Source: Escherichia virus KFS-EC. From it: a stretch of DNA of 64,000 nucleotides. Below the pieces are notes generated by a model that worked only from the letters and a program-made list of their open reading frames with translations, was not told the origin of the DNA and searched no databases. The position numbers were made by a program, and so were the translations under genes. The stretch lies in sequence record MH560358. One strand, given 5' to 3'. This document shows, piece after piece, positions 28,164-38,518 of this stretch; within the stretch, counting starts at the first letter, position 1, and every line of letters starts with the position of its first letter.

Positions 28164-28183
28164 AAAAAGGGGCATAACGCCCC
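28164..28183 (-). terminator. rho-independent terminator after uvsX
   Basis: minus strand GGGGCGUUAUGCCCC hairpin followed by UUUUU, 16 nt after uvsX stop. Confidence 0.55.
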
Positions 28184-28199
28184 TTAACTGTCACTGATA

Positions 28200-29270
28200 T
28201 TATGCTAACATATCTTCGATTTCTTTGTCAACTGCTTCGTCGCTGATAATCTGGCCTAACTGATAATGATCGTTGATTGCTTTCTGGAAGTGCTCATTGG
28301 TCAGTAGAGGTTTCCAGAACTCCACACTGTCAGTGTCTTTTGCACGCACCTTGCGGTCTTCAACTTCCATTTCTCCGGTCTCCTCGTTAAGAATAGCGCG
28401 AGAATACCAGCCATTTGATGGTTTAACTACCCAACCCAACTCCACCGCAAGATCCAGCAATCCAGAATAAGGATCGATGCCACCACTAAACGTTACGCTA
28501 ATCGGGAACTTTGATCCCTCTCTAACCGTTCGTGATTTCTCGGCTTTCAGAATAAAGTCATAACCCGTAACCTCGGTTCCTTCTTTCTGCTGGCGACGCC
28601 CAATGATGAAAATTTCATTGGAAGAGTAAACGCCACCAGTACCGCCACCCATGATATCTTTCGGGTAAAGATCCATTGAGCTATAAACGTGGTTAATCGC
28701 AATGCACGGAATATCATTCATGGTCAGATACGGCGTAATCATACGGAACAAGCCTTTAAGTGCTTTAGCTCTCGTCATATCCTGCGCCGATTTCTCATTA
28801 ATCGCGTCTTCAACTTCTTTTTTACTTGCCAAGTTACCGATTGAGTCAATAAAGATGATCACTTTATCTTCACGGGTAATTTGCTCAAGCTGGTTCATGA
28901 TCTCAAATTTAAGTTCTTCGATGTTCTTGATTGGAACGTGCACCACTCGATCAGGATCTACACCCATAGATGACAGATACGCGGAAGTAATGCCAAATTC
29001 TGAATCAAAGAACAAACAAGCCGCATCTGGATTCTGTTTCATGTATGCACTAACACAAGTTAATCCCATGTTTGATTTAAAGTGCTTAGACGGACCAGCA
29101 AAGAAAATCAGACCAGATTGAAAGCCTTTTTTAAGATCACCAGAAAACGCAATATTCAGCATCGGGTTCTTAGTGCGAGTATTTGTTTTTTCGTTAAAGA
29201 AGCTGGATTTAGACAGTACCGCAGTAGTTTTCAGGGTAGAGTTCTTTTTCAGTTTTTCCAGTACAGACAT
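28200..29270 (-). CDS. uvsX: UvsX recombinase (RecA-like)
   Basis: 356 aa; RecA-fold Walker A (GPSKHFKSN) and conserved core; T4 order 41-40-uvsX. Confidence 0.88.
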   Translation of the reverse strand: MSVLEKLKKNSTLKTTAVLSKSSFFNEKTNTRTKNPMLNIAFSGDLKKGFQSGLIFFAGPSKHFKSNMGLTCVSAYMKQNPDAACLFFDSEFGITSAYLSSMGVDPDRVVHVPIKNIEELKFEIMNQLEQITREDKVIIFIDSIGNLASKKEVEDAINEKSAQDMTRAKALKGLFRMITPYLTMNDIPCIAINHVYSSMDLYPKDIMGGGTGGVYSSNEIFIIGRRQQKEGTEVTGYDFILKAEKSRTVREGSKFPISVTFSGGIDPYSGLLDLAVELGWVVKPSNGWYSRAILNEETGEMEVEDRKVRAKDTDSVEFWKPLLTNEHFQKAINDHYQLGQIISDEAVDKEIEDMLA

Positions 29271-29281
29271 TATTAATACCT

Positions 29282-29509
29282 CTATTCAGTTAATCCGTAA
29301 TACTTTAATTGCTTCATTGTTATTCGATCTTTGTAGTGCTCTTGAATTAACTTTTTCATCACATCAACATCGATCGTCACAAATACTTCGTTGCTGTGAT
29401 TTCCGTGAACTTTCTTGAAATGCTCTATGCCTTCCTCACGTTCACGTTTAATCTTTTCAATGTCTCTCATAATATATTTCTCACATTGGCGGGTATCGTA
29501 ACCCAACAC
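29282..29509 (-). CDS. hypothetical small protein
   Basis: 75-aa ORF between DNA polymerase and uvsX (where beta-gt/42/imm sit in T4). Confidence 0.45.
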   Translation of the reverse strand: MLGYDTRQCEKYIMRDIEKIKREREEGIEHFKKVHGNHSNEVFVTIDVDVMKKLIQEHYKDRITMKQLKYYGLTE

Positions 29510-29531
29510 CCGCCATTATACACACTTTATC

Positions 29532-32210
29532 TTAAATGTCAAACAGGTCCGTAAGCGATGCCACCTTTTCATATTGCAGCTTTGCAGCCGTGGTAATGTT
29601 CTCCAGTGGTTTGACGAAAGTCTTATTAAACAACAAAGGCCAGTCCAACCACTTCAACACCTCTGATTCAATTTCTGGAGGAATACGAGTACCAGACAAC
29701 CAACCAAAACAGATTTCTCCAAACGGATTTCGATCTTTAAGCGGTACAATCATAACCTTCTCGCCTTCACGAATCGGATCTAGTCCGAATTTTCGAGCAT
29801 TACGATTATAACACAATACACTCTTAACCGCATACGGACAACCCTTAATCGGATACCCGTTTGAATCGCTGTATTTCTGTAGGTTGTTTGCAGATGATAC
29901 CGCAGCAACATCAAGATAGTCAAGTTTTCTAAATTCTTGCTCAAAAATACCGTAGTATTCCTGCAATGACTCTTCACCTTCCTGCAACATACGGCGAATA
30001 CATTCTTTCAGTGATTTCTGACATGCTTTAGGGGTGGAGCTACGTTGCGTTTCCAAGCCCATGATTTTTAGCTTAGGTTCAGCAAAGCGCGTTCCTTCCA
30101 TATCCCAAACATTAAGAGCATAACGCTTTTTGCCAGTCCAGAATCCACCGATACCCGCAGATTTCAACGGAGGACCAGCAATTGCCTCACGGTCCATAAA
30201 CATCAAGTGCTCATAGTTATTCATGTACTCGCATAACTCGCGATATCCCTTGTCGATAATAGGTTCCATCCGATGTTTACCGAAATTATCAAGGAAGTCA
30301 ACAAGTTTTTCGGTATCGTCGAAACGATCTTCCCCGCCAACCTTATCAACAACATTGTTAACCAGCACATAAACGGAGTCAGTATCACAATAACGAACAT
30401 ATGCAAAATCGGTTGTTCCGCAAAGCTCGTTTAAGTATTCGTTAATCTTACGCTCAATCCACTGAATTGCAAGCTGACCAAACAAGGTGATCGCACTAGC
30501 GTTACGGAGATCATAAAAACGGAATTTAGGATTCCCCAACGCACCATAAAGGGAGTTGATCAAAACTTTTCGAGAAAGCTGGTTTGTATTGCACAAGATC
30601 GACTCGTCTTTACATTCTTCCAGCAATTTCTCTAAGGCATCTTTACTTAATTCAGAAAGCATCGATTTAAACGCTTCATCAAAGTCGTGACGCACTTCAA
30701 CGCTATAGCTAATGGTTCCCCCATAAACATGATTTTCATCGTGTAGAATCGCTTTACAGAGTTCAGCATTGCGATCACATGCCAGCATCATATTTTTGTA
30801 CTGCTTGCGCTGGTCGAATACCTTTTTAATCTCAATCGGTACGATACCATGAATATCTTTTCGATACATCCACCCGTTAGGCGAGCAAGAATACTCATCG
30901 CTCGGACGCGGGGCAGTTTTATTGATATACTCGTGCATCGGTGCAGCATCAAAAGATCCAGCGATTGTTTCCGGCGAAATGTTAACCTGACGGATGATTG
31001 ATGGATACAGACTTGTTAAGTCAAAGCTCATCATCCAGCGATAAGCATTAGGTACAGGTTCTTTTACAAAAGCACCTGGATAAGTCTGCTTAGGCTGTAT
31101 CTTGTTCTCCGGTACTACTTTACCCTCAGCTTTCAGAGATCCGAAAATAATAGCATCCCATACTTTCATCGGGTTATAAACATGGTTAAATTTAATCTTT
31201 GCATAGAAACATAGGCTATACACCAGATCGATAAATCCGCGCTTTTTATCAATCGCCAGCACACGATCAACGTCGCCGATGTTATAATCGATGTAAAGTT
31301 GATGGTTGTCATCACGCAATTTCTTTAACGGACCGTCATAATCAACCTTACCGATTCCTGTCTCATATTCAGCAACATAATCTAATGCATATGTTGGTTG
31401 AGTCGTAAAGCTAAATTTCTTGTACAGGTCAATATAATCAAGGCTTTCGATCCCCATGATCGTAAATGCTTCACGCTCGTTGCCAAAATCATCCTGTGAG
31501 ATTCGGGATTTAATCTTACCGCACGGGCTTAGACGGGTAGCGGTTCTACTTCCGAACTTATTACTGATACGCTTAATGATATATGGAATATCGAATGTTT
31601 CTGTGTTCCAGCCAGTGAAACCAACTGGTCGGTTTTCCTCAAAGAATCGGATGTATTCTAACAGCAATTCATCTTCTGTATCATAGACATTATAAACAAC
31701 GCGCTCTACAATATCTGGACGAAGAATGGATTTGCTTGCTTCCCAAGATTCACCGTTTTTTCCTTTCAAGTCAAATACAAAGAAACGATCATGTACGGAA
31801 TCATAATGCGTAATTGCATCGATAGGATATTTCGCTTCTTCTGGTTTAGGAAATTCCGGTGCAGTGACCTCAATATCAACCCAGGATACACGGATTTTAT
31901 TTCGGTCATATCGAATCTCACCTTTATATGTATCGGACAGATAGGAGATGATAAAATCATCCATCCCTAGTGCCTCCTGCCCCATTTCTCCCATCTTTTT
32001 ACGCCATTTGTTGGCCTCGTTCATAGATGGGAATTTTTTAGCAATGCAAGGCTTGCCATAGATATCTTTATAATTCGTAACCATACCAGGCGCGGCATGA
32101 TGAAATAAAGTTGGCGTATATTCAACGTAACGCTCTTGTTCTTGTCCAGCATCATCAATATAACGCTCGTAGATCTTATCACCTACTCGCTCACATGACA
32201 GAAAATACAT
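29532..32210 (-). CDS. 43: DNA polymerase (family B), gp43 homolog
   Basis: 892 aa from ATG 32210 (AAGGAG 8 nt upstream); extensive colinearity with T4 gp43 (FPSMNEANKW, DIEVT, YSCSPNGWMY, SLYPSIIRQVNISPET, NSLYGALG, CDTDSVYV). Confidence 0.95.
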   Translation of the reverse strand: MYFLSCERVGDKIYERYIDDAGQEQERYVEYTPTLFHHAAPGMVTNYKDIYGKPCIAKKFPSMNEANKWRKKMGEMGQEALGMDDFIISYLSDTYKGEIRYDRNKIRVSWVDIEVTAPEFPKPEEAKYPIDAITHYDSVHDRFFVFDLKGKNGESWEASKSILRPDIVERVVYNVYDTEDELLLEYIRFFEENRPVGFTGWNTETFDIPYIIKRISNKFGSRTATRLSPCGKIKSRISQDDFGNEREAFTIMGIESLDYIDLYKKFSFTTQPTYALDYVAEYETGIGKVDYDGPLKKLRDDNHQLYIDYNIGDVDRVLAIDKKRGFIDLVYSLCFYAKIKFNHVYNPMKVWDAIIFGSLKAEGKVVPENKIQPKQTYPGAFVKEPVPNAYRWMMSFDLTSLYPSIIRQVNISPETIAGSFDAAPMHEYINKTAPRPSDEYSCSPNGWMYRKDIHGIVPIEIKKVFDQRKQYKNMMLACDRNAELCKAILHDENHVYGGTISYSVEVRHDFDEAFKSMLSELSKDALEKLLEECKDESILCNTNQLSRKVLINSLYGALGNPKFRFYDLRNASAITLFGQLAIQWIERKINEYLNELCGTTDFAYVRYCDTDSVYVLVNNVVDKVGGEDRFDDTEKLVDFLDNFGKHRMEPIIDKGYRELCEYMNNYEHLMFMDREAIAGPPLKSAGIGGFWTGKKRYALNVWDMEGTRFAEPKLKIMGLETQRSSTPKACQKSLKECIRRMLQEGEESLQEYYGIFEQEFRKLDYLDVAAVSSANNLQKYSDSNGYPIKGCPYAVKSVLCYNRNARKFGLDPIREGEKVMIVPLKDRNPFGEICFGWLSGTRIPPEIESEVLKWLDWPLLFNKTFVKPLENITTAAKLQYEKVASLTDLFDI

Positions 32211-32242
32211 AATATAAACTCCTTCACTTACGAAAGACACTC

Positions 32243-32281
32243 ATTATAGGGGAATCGACCTAGTTTGTCAATACCCCTATC
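32243..32281 (-). promoter_or_regulatory. early sigma70-type promoter for gene 43 with inverted repeat enclosing the -35 box
   Basis: minus strand TTGACA-17-TATAAT; ATAGGGG ... CCCCTAT arms flank the -35 and spacer. Confidence 0.55.
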
Positions 32282-32292
32282 CCATCAGTATC

Positions 32293-32655
32293 TTATCGCC
32301 CGATTTGATATTTCTCTATCAGTGTCCATTCTTCTTTCTGTTTGAAAGACAGTACACGGAAATTATTAACTTCGGTCGTTTCAAAATCACTATCAATCAG
32401 GGTACACAGATTCCACTGCGCCAGAAGTTTTGCAATGTTATTGCGGCGTAATTCATCTTCCCACGTCATTTTAACACTACGACCATCTAATTTCAACAAC
32501 TCCTTGAAATGAACGATGTAATAGCGCCCCTTCTTCTGGAGAATATGACAAGACTGATACAGTGTCTTGTCTCGATTGTTGGCAATGCCGCAGCGGGTTA
32601 AAGTCTCCTTAATTTTAAGGAAGTTTTCAGGACTAATCAAATTAATTTCAATCAT
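32293..32655 (-). CDS. regA: translational repressor RegA
   Basis: 120 aa; high identity to T4 RegA (KETLTRCGIANN.DK.LYQSCHILQKKG.YYIVHFKE, NNFRV.SFKQK). Confidence 0.93.
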   Translation of the reverse strand: MIEINLISPENFLKIKETLTRCGIANNRDKTLYQSCHILQKKGRYYIVHFKELLKLDGRSVKMTWEDELRRNNIAKLLAQWNLCTLIDSDFETTEVNNFRVLSFKQKEEWTLIEKYQIGR

Positions 32656-32656
32656 T

Positions 32657-33235
32657 TTACCACCTTTCTATAATCTTTTTAAGTCGTTTCCTTTCTGTCT
32701 GATTCTTAGTAACACCCGCCAAAAGTTCATCGGTCGCATACGGTTTAATGTGCTTCAATAACTTGTCCATATATCCCTTTTCATTAGCCAAATCGAGATA
32801 AAACCGGGCGTCATCCATATTTACACAATATGCTTTCGCCACTGCCATTAAAACCAATTTTTGGTCCAATTCTTCTGTTAGTTTAGCCCATTTACCGTAT
32901 CGTTTCCCCTTAGAAATACTCTGTAAGAGATAATCAAAATGCATTTGATCTGGGAGGCCATGACCGATTAAATTCATCACATACGCGCTATATAGGCAAT
33001 CTGCGTGCTGGGAAAGAGCGGTGTTAATCCATCTCTGGTTATATGCAGAATTGTTTCCCACATTAACGCGCTGTTTATCTAAGGTGATATGATCCATCAG
33101 AGCAAATAATGCATTGTCGGTTTTCTCGGTGAATGTGTCAGCTAATTCAGACACCTTTTCCCAATCACGAGAGCGCCATGCAATTTCATGCTCGTTTAAT
33201 TGTGTATCATCTTCACCGAAAAATTGACCTAACAT
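32657..33235 (-). CDS. 62: clamp loader small subunit, gp62 homolog
   Basis: 192 aa (T4 187); conserved position between regA and 44. Confidence 0.75.
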   Translation of the reverse strand: MLGQFFGEDDTQLNEHEIAWRSRDWEKVSELADTFTEKTDNALFALMDHITLDKQRVNVGNNSAYNQRWINTALSQHADCLYSAYVMNLIGHGLPDQMHFDYLLQSISKGKRYGKWAKLTEELDQKLVLMAVAKAYCVNMDDARFYLDLANEKGYMDKLLKHIKPYATDELLAGVTKNQTERKRLKKIIERW

Positions 33236-34224
33236 TATACGAACTCCAATTCAACCATTAATTGCATTAACAAAAAGACAATGTGAATCTCTTTATCAGC
33301 CGCGTGCGCAAACATCTGATTATTTTCACCGATAATCTCAGTGAGACGAATAATAGAAGCTGGCTTAACTTGAGTATACAACTCAGTATAAAGTTTCTTG
33401 ACAAATTGAGCGTATGTATTGGTATATCGCGGTGCAAGTTTACGCACATTAGCAAACTGTTTAGTTTTAAGTGCTTCCACCACATCGGTTACTTCGGTAT
33501 TGCTACTTTCGATAACCATGCTCAATACGCCAGCATCAATTTTACCGTGTTTAGCGTAGCGGTCCAAAAGTTTCATTACGCGTCGGAAGTCTGGGAAGTT
33601 CTGCTTAACCAGTTCCGCTAATACGCGCATTTCTTCGACTGGCACACCTTCTTTATCAAGAATTGCTTTACACCGGACGATCATTTCTTTCATCATGCGA
33701 AGCTGATCATCTTTAGTCGGAGATCCAAACGTGATGGGGTCAAATCGAGATCGTAACGCTGGGATAATACCTTCTAGATCGTTTGCTGTGATAATGAATG
33801 TCACGTTGTTTGAGTATGCCTCAGAGAAACTACGCAAGTGTCTTTGAGCGTCAGCCAACCCAGCTCGGTCATACTCATCGATAATAACAACTTTGCCTTT
33901 TTCTCTTTTTTCTTCATCGAGTGATACACTCTGCGCAAAGCGTGTAATCTCATCGCGGATAAAATCAATCTTACAATCTGCGCCGTTAACAAACAGATAA
34001 TCAACACCCACATCTTCGCAAAGCGCCTTAGCAACGGTTGTTTTACCAGTACCTGGCGATGGGCTATGCAGGATCATAGAAGGGATTCGGCCTTGCTTAA
34101 CAATCTGCGCGAAGATCTTTTTATCTGCTTCCGGCAGAATACATTCAGAAATTGATTTCGGACGGTATTTCTGTTCCCACTGAAACTCATTTTCATTAAC
34201 ACTCAGCATATAATCACCTCTCAC
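33235..34224 (-). CDS. 44: clamp loader ATPase subunit (AAA+), gp44 homolog
   Basis: 329 aa; Walker A SPGTGKTT, Walker B IIDEYD, SRF-like arginine finger region. Confidence 0.9.
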   Translation of the reverse strand: MRGDYMLSVNENEFQWEQKYRPKSISECILPEADKKIFAQIVKQGRIPSMILHSPSPGTGKTTVAKALCEDVGVDYLFVNGADCKIDFIRDEITRFAQSVSLDEEKREKGKVVIIDEYDRAGLADAQRHLRSFSEAYSNNVTFIITANDLEGIIPALRSRFDPITFGSPTKDDQLRMMKEMIVRCKAILDKEGVPVEEMRVLAELVKQNFPDFRRVMKLLDRYAKHGKIDAGVLSMVIESSNTEVTDVVEALKTKQFANVRKLAPRYTNTYAQFVKKLYTELYTQVKPASIIRLTEIIGENNQMFAHAADKEIHIVFLLMQLMVELEFV

Positions 34225-34274
34225 AAATTACATCATTAAAACGGGGAGTATTTACACTCCCCACAAACATTATA

Positions 34275-34964
34275 TTAGTCGGTGTAGCTGGAGTCAAGGT
34301 CACACGCGATCATATAAGATACGGTTTCACTTGCCAGCCATACAGCCTTACGGCGAGTGAAGCTCAGTTTGTAATCGCCGAAGTCAGTAGCAACCAGTTT
34401 CATGTTATCTTTACGAATAAAGAAATGGAAGTCGGCGGTTCCGGCATATTCGCCCATGTCAAGACAAAACATCTCATTAGGATTATTTTTGTCAATCTCT
34501 TCCCAACCTTTGATCATCAGACGACCATCAATCGGTAGAAATTCAAGGCGATCCACTTTAAGCTGATTGCTCATTTTCATAAGCTGTTTCAGATCGTCGT
34601 TGCTCAGTTCGTAATCTACATCGCTTGCAGGTGGAGTAACTCGGCCTTTCGGTGATACGATAGCAGCAGAACTAGCACCAGGATAATTAATTTTCAGACG
34701 ATCATTAGACACACGAATGTTTCCGGTGCGGTTATCAACCGTAATATCTGCTTCATCGCCCACCAGATTCAGAATGCCCAGGAAAGAGTTAAGATCATAG
34801 ATCCCGATTTCGTGTTCCAGTTCTTGATTCAGAGTCGCTTCACCATATACAACGTTTGTCATGTTTTTGGTGATTAGGACGTTTCCTTTTTTCAGGATGA
34901 TACCTGGGTTAATAGCGGAAAAGTTTTTCAGGGTAGCAATGGTTTCTTTAGTCAGTTTCATCAA
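34275..34964 (-). CDS. 45: sliding clamp, gp45 homolog
   Basis: 229 aa (T4 228); N-terminal MKLTKETIATLKNF..INPGI matches T4 gp45 MKLSKDTTALLKNF..INSGI. Confidence 0.88.
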   Translation of the reverse strand: MMKLTKETIATLKNFSAINPGIILKKGNVLITKNMTNVVYGEATLNQELEHEIGIYDLNSFLGILNLVGDEADITVDNRTGNIRVSNDRLKINYPGASSAAIVSPKGRVTPPASDVDYELSNDDLKQLMKMSNQLKVDRLEFLPIDGRLMIKGWEEIDKNNPNEMFCLDMGEYAGTADFHFFIRKDNMKLVATDFGDYKLSFTRRKAVWLASETVSYMIACDLDSSYTD

Positions 34965-34991
34965 ATCACCTTTATCATGTTAATCAATTAA

Positions 34992-35390
34992 TTACGGGTT
35001 TACTTCGTGCTCATTTTGAATCTTTAGCATTCTTTCGATAAATTTTTTCTCGGCTTCCTTATCGGATGAGTGAGTATACTTCAATCCAATGTAAGCTGTC
35101 AAGTATTGTTGCAGAGCATAGACAGTAACAGGATTCTTTGCGGTCTTTTTTCCGTCGAGATATACCAGATCACCACGAACATCAAACGCAAGTTTACGAC
35201 GAATCACATTATCAACAAATTTATCTAGGACAAAATACCACTCAATACACTCTATCCCGTGACGGTAGTTCATTACATCATTATCTTTGATATAGTCAAA
35301 CGGAATATGACATAATTTACTATTTTGTAGGATGAATAGCATTTGTTCTTTTAAGCTCATACGTTTCATTCTATCACTTCCCATCAGCAA
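34992..35390 (-). CDS. hypothetical protein in the rpbA position
   Basis: 132-aa ORF adjacent to gene 45; assignment by position only. Confidence 0.45.
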   Translation of the reverse strand: MLMGSDRMKRMSLKEQMLFILQNSKLCHIPFDYIKDNDVMNYRHGIECIEWYFVLDKFVDNVIRRKLAFDVRGDLVYLDGKKTAKNPVTVYALQQYLTAYIGLKYTHSSDKEAEKKFIERMLKIQNEHEVNP

Positions 35391-35766
35391 TTGCGATCAG
35401 ACGAGTTACTACTACGCTAGCGGCTTCAATCAGCAGTTCATCAGTGTCAATCTGATAACCCTTTTCGAGAATATCTTTACCTCGAATAGTTTTAGCGCCT
35501 TTAGCAATTGAATCATCGTAATACTTGCGCATTGCCGCGATCCATTCTTTTTGCACCATATCATCAATATGCGCGTACAGTTCAAAGCGTGCTTGCTGTG
35601 GGATAACCTTCATTTTAGCTTTCTCGCTTTCCGGCATTTGTAGTACCCACGCTTTACGGATCTTGTTCATTGCTCGGTCAAATTCGAGACTGGTTTTCTT
35701 GTTCTGAATGTCTGCTACAGTAATTTTAGCCAGGTTTGCGGAAGTAGTCATAATATTAATCTCCAA
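35374..35766 (-). CDS. hypothetical protein
   Basis: 130-aa ORF. Confidence 0.5.
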   Translation of the reverse strand: MEINIMTTSANLAKITVADIQNKKTSLEFDRAMNKIRKAWVLQMPESEKAKMKVIPQQARFELYAHIDDMVQKEWIAAMRKYYDDSIAKGAKTIRGKDILEKGYQIDTDELLIEAASVVVTRLIAIADGK

Positions 35767-35781
35767 AATAAAATCAGTATA

Positions 35782-36012
35782 TCACGTTCTAAAGTTTGTT
35801 GCAACCCCAGCATCAGGGTAATCAAGTTTATCAAAGTTGGGGACCAGCATAAACTCATGATGACGACAAGACAACATTTTTGTTATGTCTTCATCGCTGT
35901 ATATGCTGTTTTTCATATCCCCCATACTAACTACATATTCTTCACCGGAATATAGATTGATTAATGTATACAATTCTAACTCCGGCTGCGTTACTCTGTC
36001 AAATGTTAACAT
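35782..36012 (-). CDS. hypothetical small protein
   Basis: 76-aa ORF. Confidence 0.4.
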   Translation of the reverse strand: MLTFDRVTQPELELYTLINLYSGEEYVVSMGDMKNSIYSDEDITKMLSCRHHEFMLVPNFDKLDYPDAGVATNFRT

Positions 36013-37696
36013 TCATTTCAGTGAATCGCCCACGTTTAACCATCTTGAGATGACGGCTAAAATCATCAGGGTTATGGTCACGATGGCTGATAATATACAC
36101 GTTATCATCTAACTTGTCAATGATGGAATCAAGTGCTTTTACGCCCTGAACGTCCGTAGCCCCATCATAAATTTCGTCGAGTACCAACAAAGAAATATTA
36201 GTACCAGATACTTTACCAGCAACATCACGCCATGTAAAGAGCATCGCAAGGTCAATACGTGCCTTTTCGCCTTGACTGAACGATGTATACGAAAACGATT
36301 CACGCCCCCGTGATTTGATTGTTTCGTTAAACTCTTCATCTAGCGTAAAGATATAATCCGCTTCCATGATATCAAGATAATACGCAATCCGATCATTGAA
36401 ATATGGAATATATTTCTTGACGATAGACGCCTTAACACCGGAATCCTTCAACATTTCTGTTACAAATCCACGGTGATATTTTTCAAGAACTAGCTTTGAT
36501 TTTTCATTAGTGATCTCTACCAGTTCGTGTTCCAGTTTAGCAAGTTCTTCGGAATTGTCAACCCTTTCTTTTTGTAATTCCTGAATTGCTTTCTGGATCT
36601 GTTTAGCCCGACCGACAGATGCCGTTAAATTCGCTCTCTGTGACTCTATAGCGCGTTTAATTTCCAAGACCTTAGTTTGTGCTGTCTGGAAAGAATTTGC
36701 TTTCTCTGCGTATTCTACGCGTTTCTCGTCAATAAGAGACAGTTTATGTTCCGCTTGTGCTTTTTGTTCGCGTACAGCCTGATCATTACCCTGAATGATC
36801 GGTTGTGTGCACGTAGGACAGATCCCGCCTTTCTCGTGCATATGGATAACACGGTCAAAGTTCTGGATCTGCGCACCAATCTGTGCGATAGCAGTATTAA
36901 TTTTAGCCAATGCCGCGCTAGGATCTTCCGGCATAACAACAGCCAATAGCTCATCTGTCAAGCGTGTTTCTTCGGCTTTAAATGCTTTAGCCGATTCTAC
37001 CTCTTTATCATACATATTCTGTAAACGCTGTAGATTCTCGGCACTCGCCTTGCTAGCGTCTTCGATGTACTTTTTATGAGTATTGATTTGTTGCTGAACG
37101 TGATTAGCTTTCATTTCCTGCATTTGGATATTCTGGGTAATCTCGCGCACATACGCTTTATTCAGTTTATCCATTTCGCCTAGAGTAGCAATATCAAGCA
37201 AATCCTCGACCAGTTTACGGCGACCCGCTGCCGGAAGACTCATAAACGGAACATAACCAGCAGTGCCTAAAACAACGATCTGTTTAAAGCTGGCTAGGTT
37301 CATTCCTATGATACCTTCAAAATATTCCTGAAAGTCTTTGGTGCTTGCGCTCTCGTCGATCTTTTGACCGTCGCGATGCACTTCGAATACTTCCGGTTTT
37401 TGACCACGTTTGATATAAAACTCTTTCCCGTCCAGATCAAACCAGACTTCGACTAACAGTTTCTTTTTGTTGACGCTGTTAATCAATTGGCCTTTCTTGA
37501 TACTACGAAACGGTTTACCGAACAACACAAAGCAAAGCGCCTCGATCATTGTTGATTTACCAGCACCGTTAACACCAGTGATTAGTGTCTTTTTGAATCC
37601 GTCTAGCTGAATCTCAACAGGTTCAGCACCCACGCTCATTATATTTTGATAGCGCAAGGTTTTAAAATTTAACTTTGCCATTAATCCACTCCGCAA
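35999..37696 (-). CDS. 46: recombination endonuclease subunit (SbcC/Rad50-like), gp46 homolog
   Basis: 565 aa (T4 560); Walker A GVNGAGKST, long coiled-coil with CPTC zinc hook, C-terminal signature/D-loop. Confidence 0.9.
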   Translation of the reverse strand: MRSGLMAKLNFKTLRYQNIMSVGAEPVEIQLDGFKKTLITGVNGAGKSTMIEALCFVLFGKPFRSIKKGQLINSVNKKKLLVEVWFDLDGKEFYIKRGQKPEVFEVHRDGQKIDESASTKDFQEYFEGIIGMNLASFKQIVVLGTAGYVPFMSLPAAGRRKLVEDLLDIATLGEMDKLNKAYVREITQNIQMQEMKANHVQQQINTHKKYIEDASKASAENLQRLQNMYDKEVESAKAFKAEETRLTDELLAVVMPEDPSAALAKINTAIAQIGAQIQNFDRVIHMHEKGGICPTCTQPIIQGNDQAVREQKAQAEHKLSLIDEKRVEYAEKANSFQTAQTKVLEIKRAIESQRANLTASVGRAKQIQKAIQELQKERVDNSEELAKLEHELVEITNEKSKLVLEKYHRGFVTEMLKDSGVKASIVKKYIPYFNDRIAYYLDIMEADYIFTLDEEFNETIKSRGRESFSYTSFSQGEKARIDLAMLFTWRDVAGKVSGTNISLLVLDEIYDGATDVQGVKALDSIIDKLDDNVYIISHRDHNPDDFSRHLKMVKRGRFTEMNVNI

Positions 37697-37925
37697 TCAC
37701 ACATTCCATAATATTAAATGCTAACACATCTTCATCAATGTTGTAAACACTTGCTGCCTTCACTTTAACTAATGTGTCTCTGCGATCTGGCAGCATGATC
37801 ACATAATCCAGTGTCGCAGGATCATATGTCATAAAGGGATCAACATAAATCCCTTTATTCAATGCCAGATATTCGCGAAGACCTTCTATAACCCTGTGTC
37901 TAAGGTAGGTCATCGATAGAATCAT
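37662..37925 (-). CDS. hypothetical small protein
   Basis: 87-aa ORF. Confidence 0.4.
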   Translation of the reverse strand: MILSMTYLRHRVIEGLREYLALNKGIYVDPFMTYDPATLDYVIMLPDRRDTLVKVKAASVYNIDEDVLAFNIMECVIAEWINGKVKF

Positions 37926-38518
37926 TTTAGTTTATGTTCCTCTAAAAATTCTTCAATTTCACCTTGCAGGTCTTCCGCTTGTTGTTCCAGAATATCGCGA
38001 AATTCACCTACAGTCAAGCGATAATCACACTTCACCAGTCGATGTGGGAGAATATACCCTTTATACATTGTCTCTGACGCTTCCAGGAATACCCCACTAT
38101 GCATGACAGAGATCCAACCTGTTAACGTCAATGGAGTATTCGGAAAATAATACTTGCTGGATTGTTTCCACTGTACGAAAGCACCATATACAATCGGATT
38201 ATATTCACCAACCACACTCTTAATAATGGATTCTACTTTGTCTTTTACAAAGTCGCCAATGCCCATAGTCACCATCAATTCTTGTGGGTGAATCACTTTA
38301 AGGTAACGACGGTAGCCGTCATCATACCACAGCTTAACCACTGGCTGACCCCACATTTTAGCAATACGCGCTTTCAGATAACCATAGATCGGATTCTTGT
38401 AATATGATTGTTTTAGTGTGTACGCGTGCACCAATTCAATAAAATATTCCATTGCTATCGAATCAGGATCAGCCGCGACCATAGTCGTATTCATAATATG
38501 TTCCTCGTTCAATTTCAT
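37922..38518 (-). CDS. hypothetical protein
   Basis: 198-aa ORF. Confidence 0.5.
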   Translation of the reverse strand: MKLNEEHIMNTTMVAADPDSIAMEYFIELVHAYTLKQSYYKNPIYGYLKARIAKMWGQPVVKLWYDDGYRRYLKVIHPQELMVTMGIGDFVKDKVESIIKSVVGEYNPIVYGAFVQWKQSSKYYFPNTPLTLTGWISVMHSGVFLEASETMYKGYILPHRLVKCDYRLTVGEFRDILEQQAEDLQGEIEEFLEEHKLK

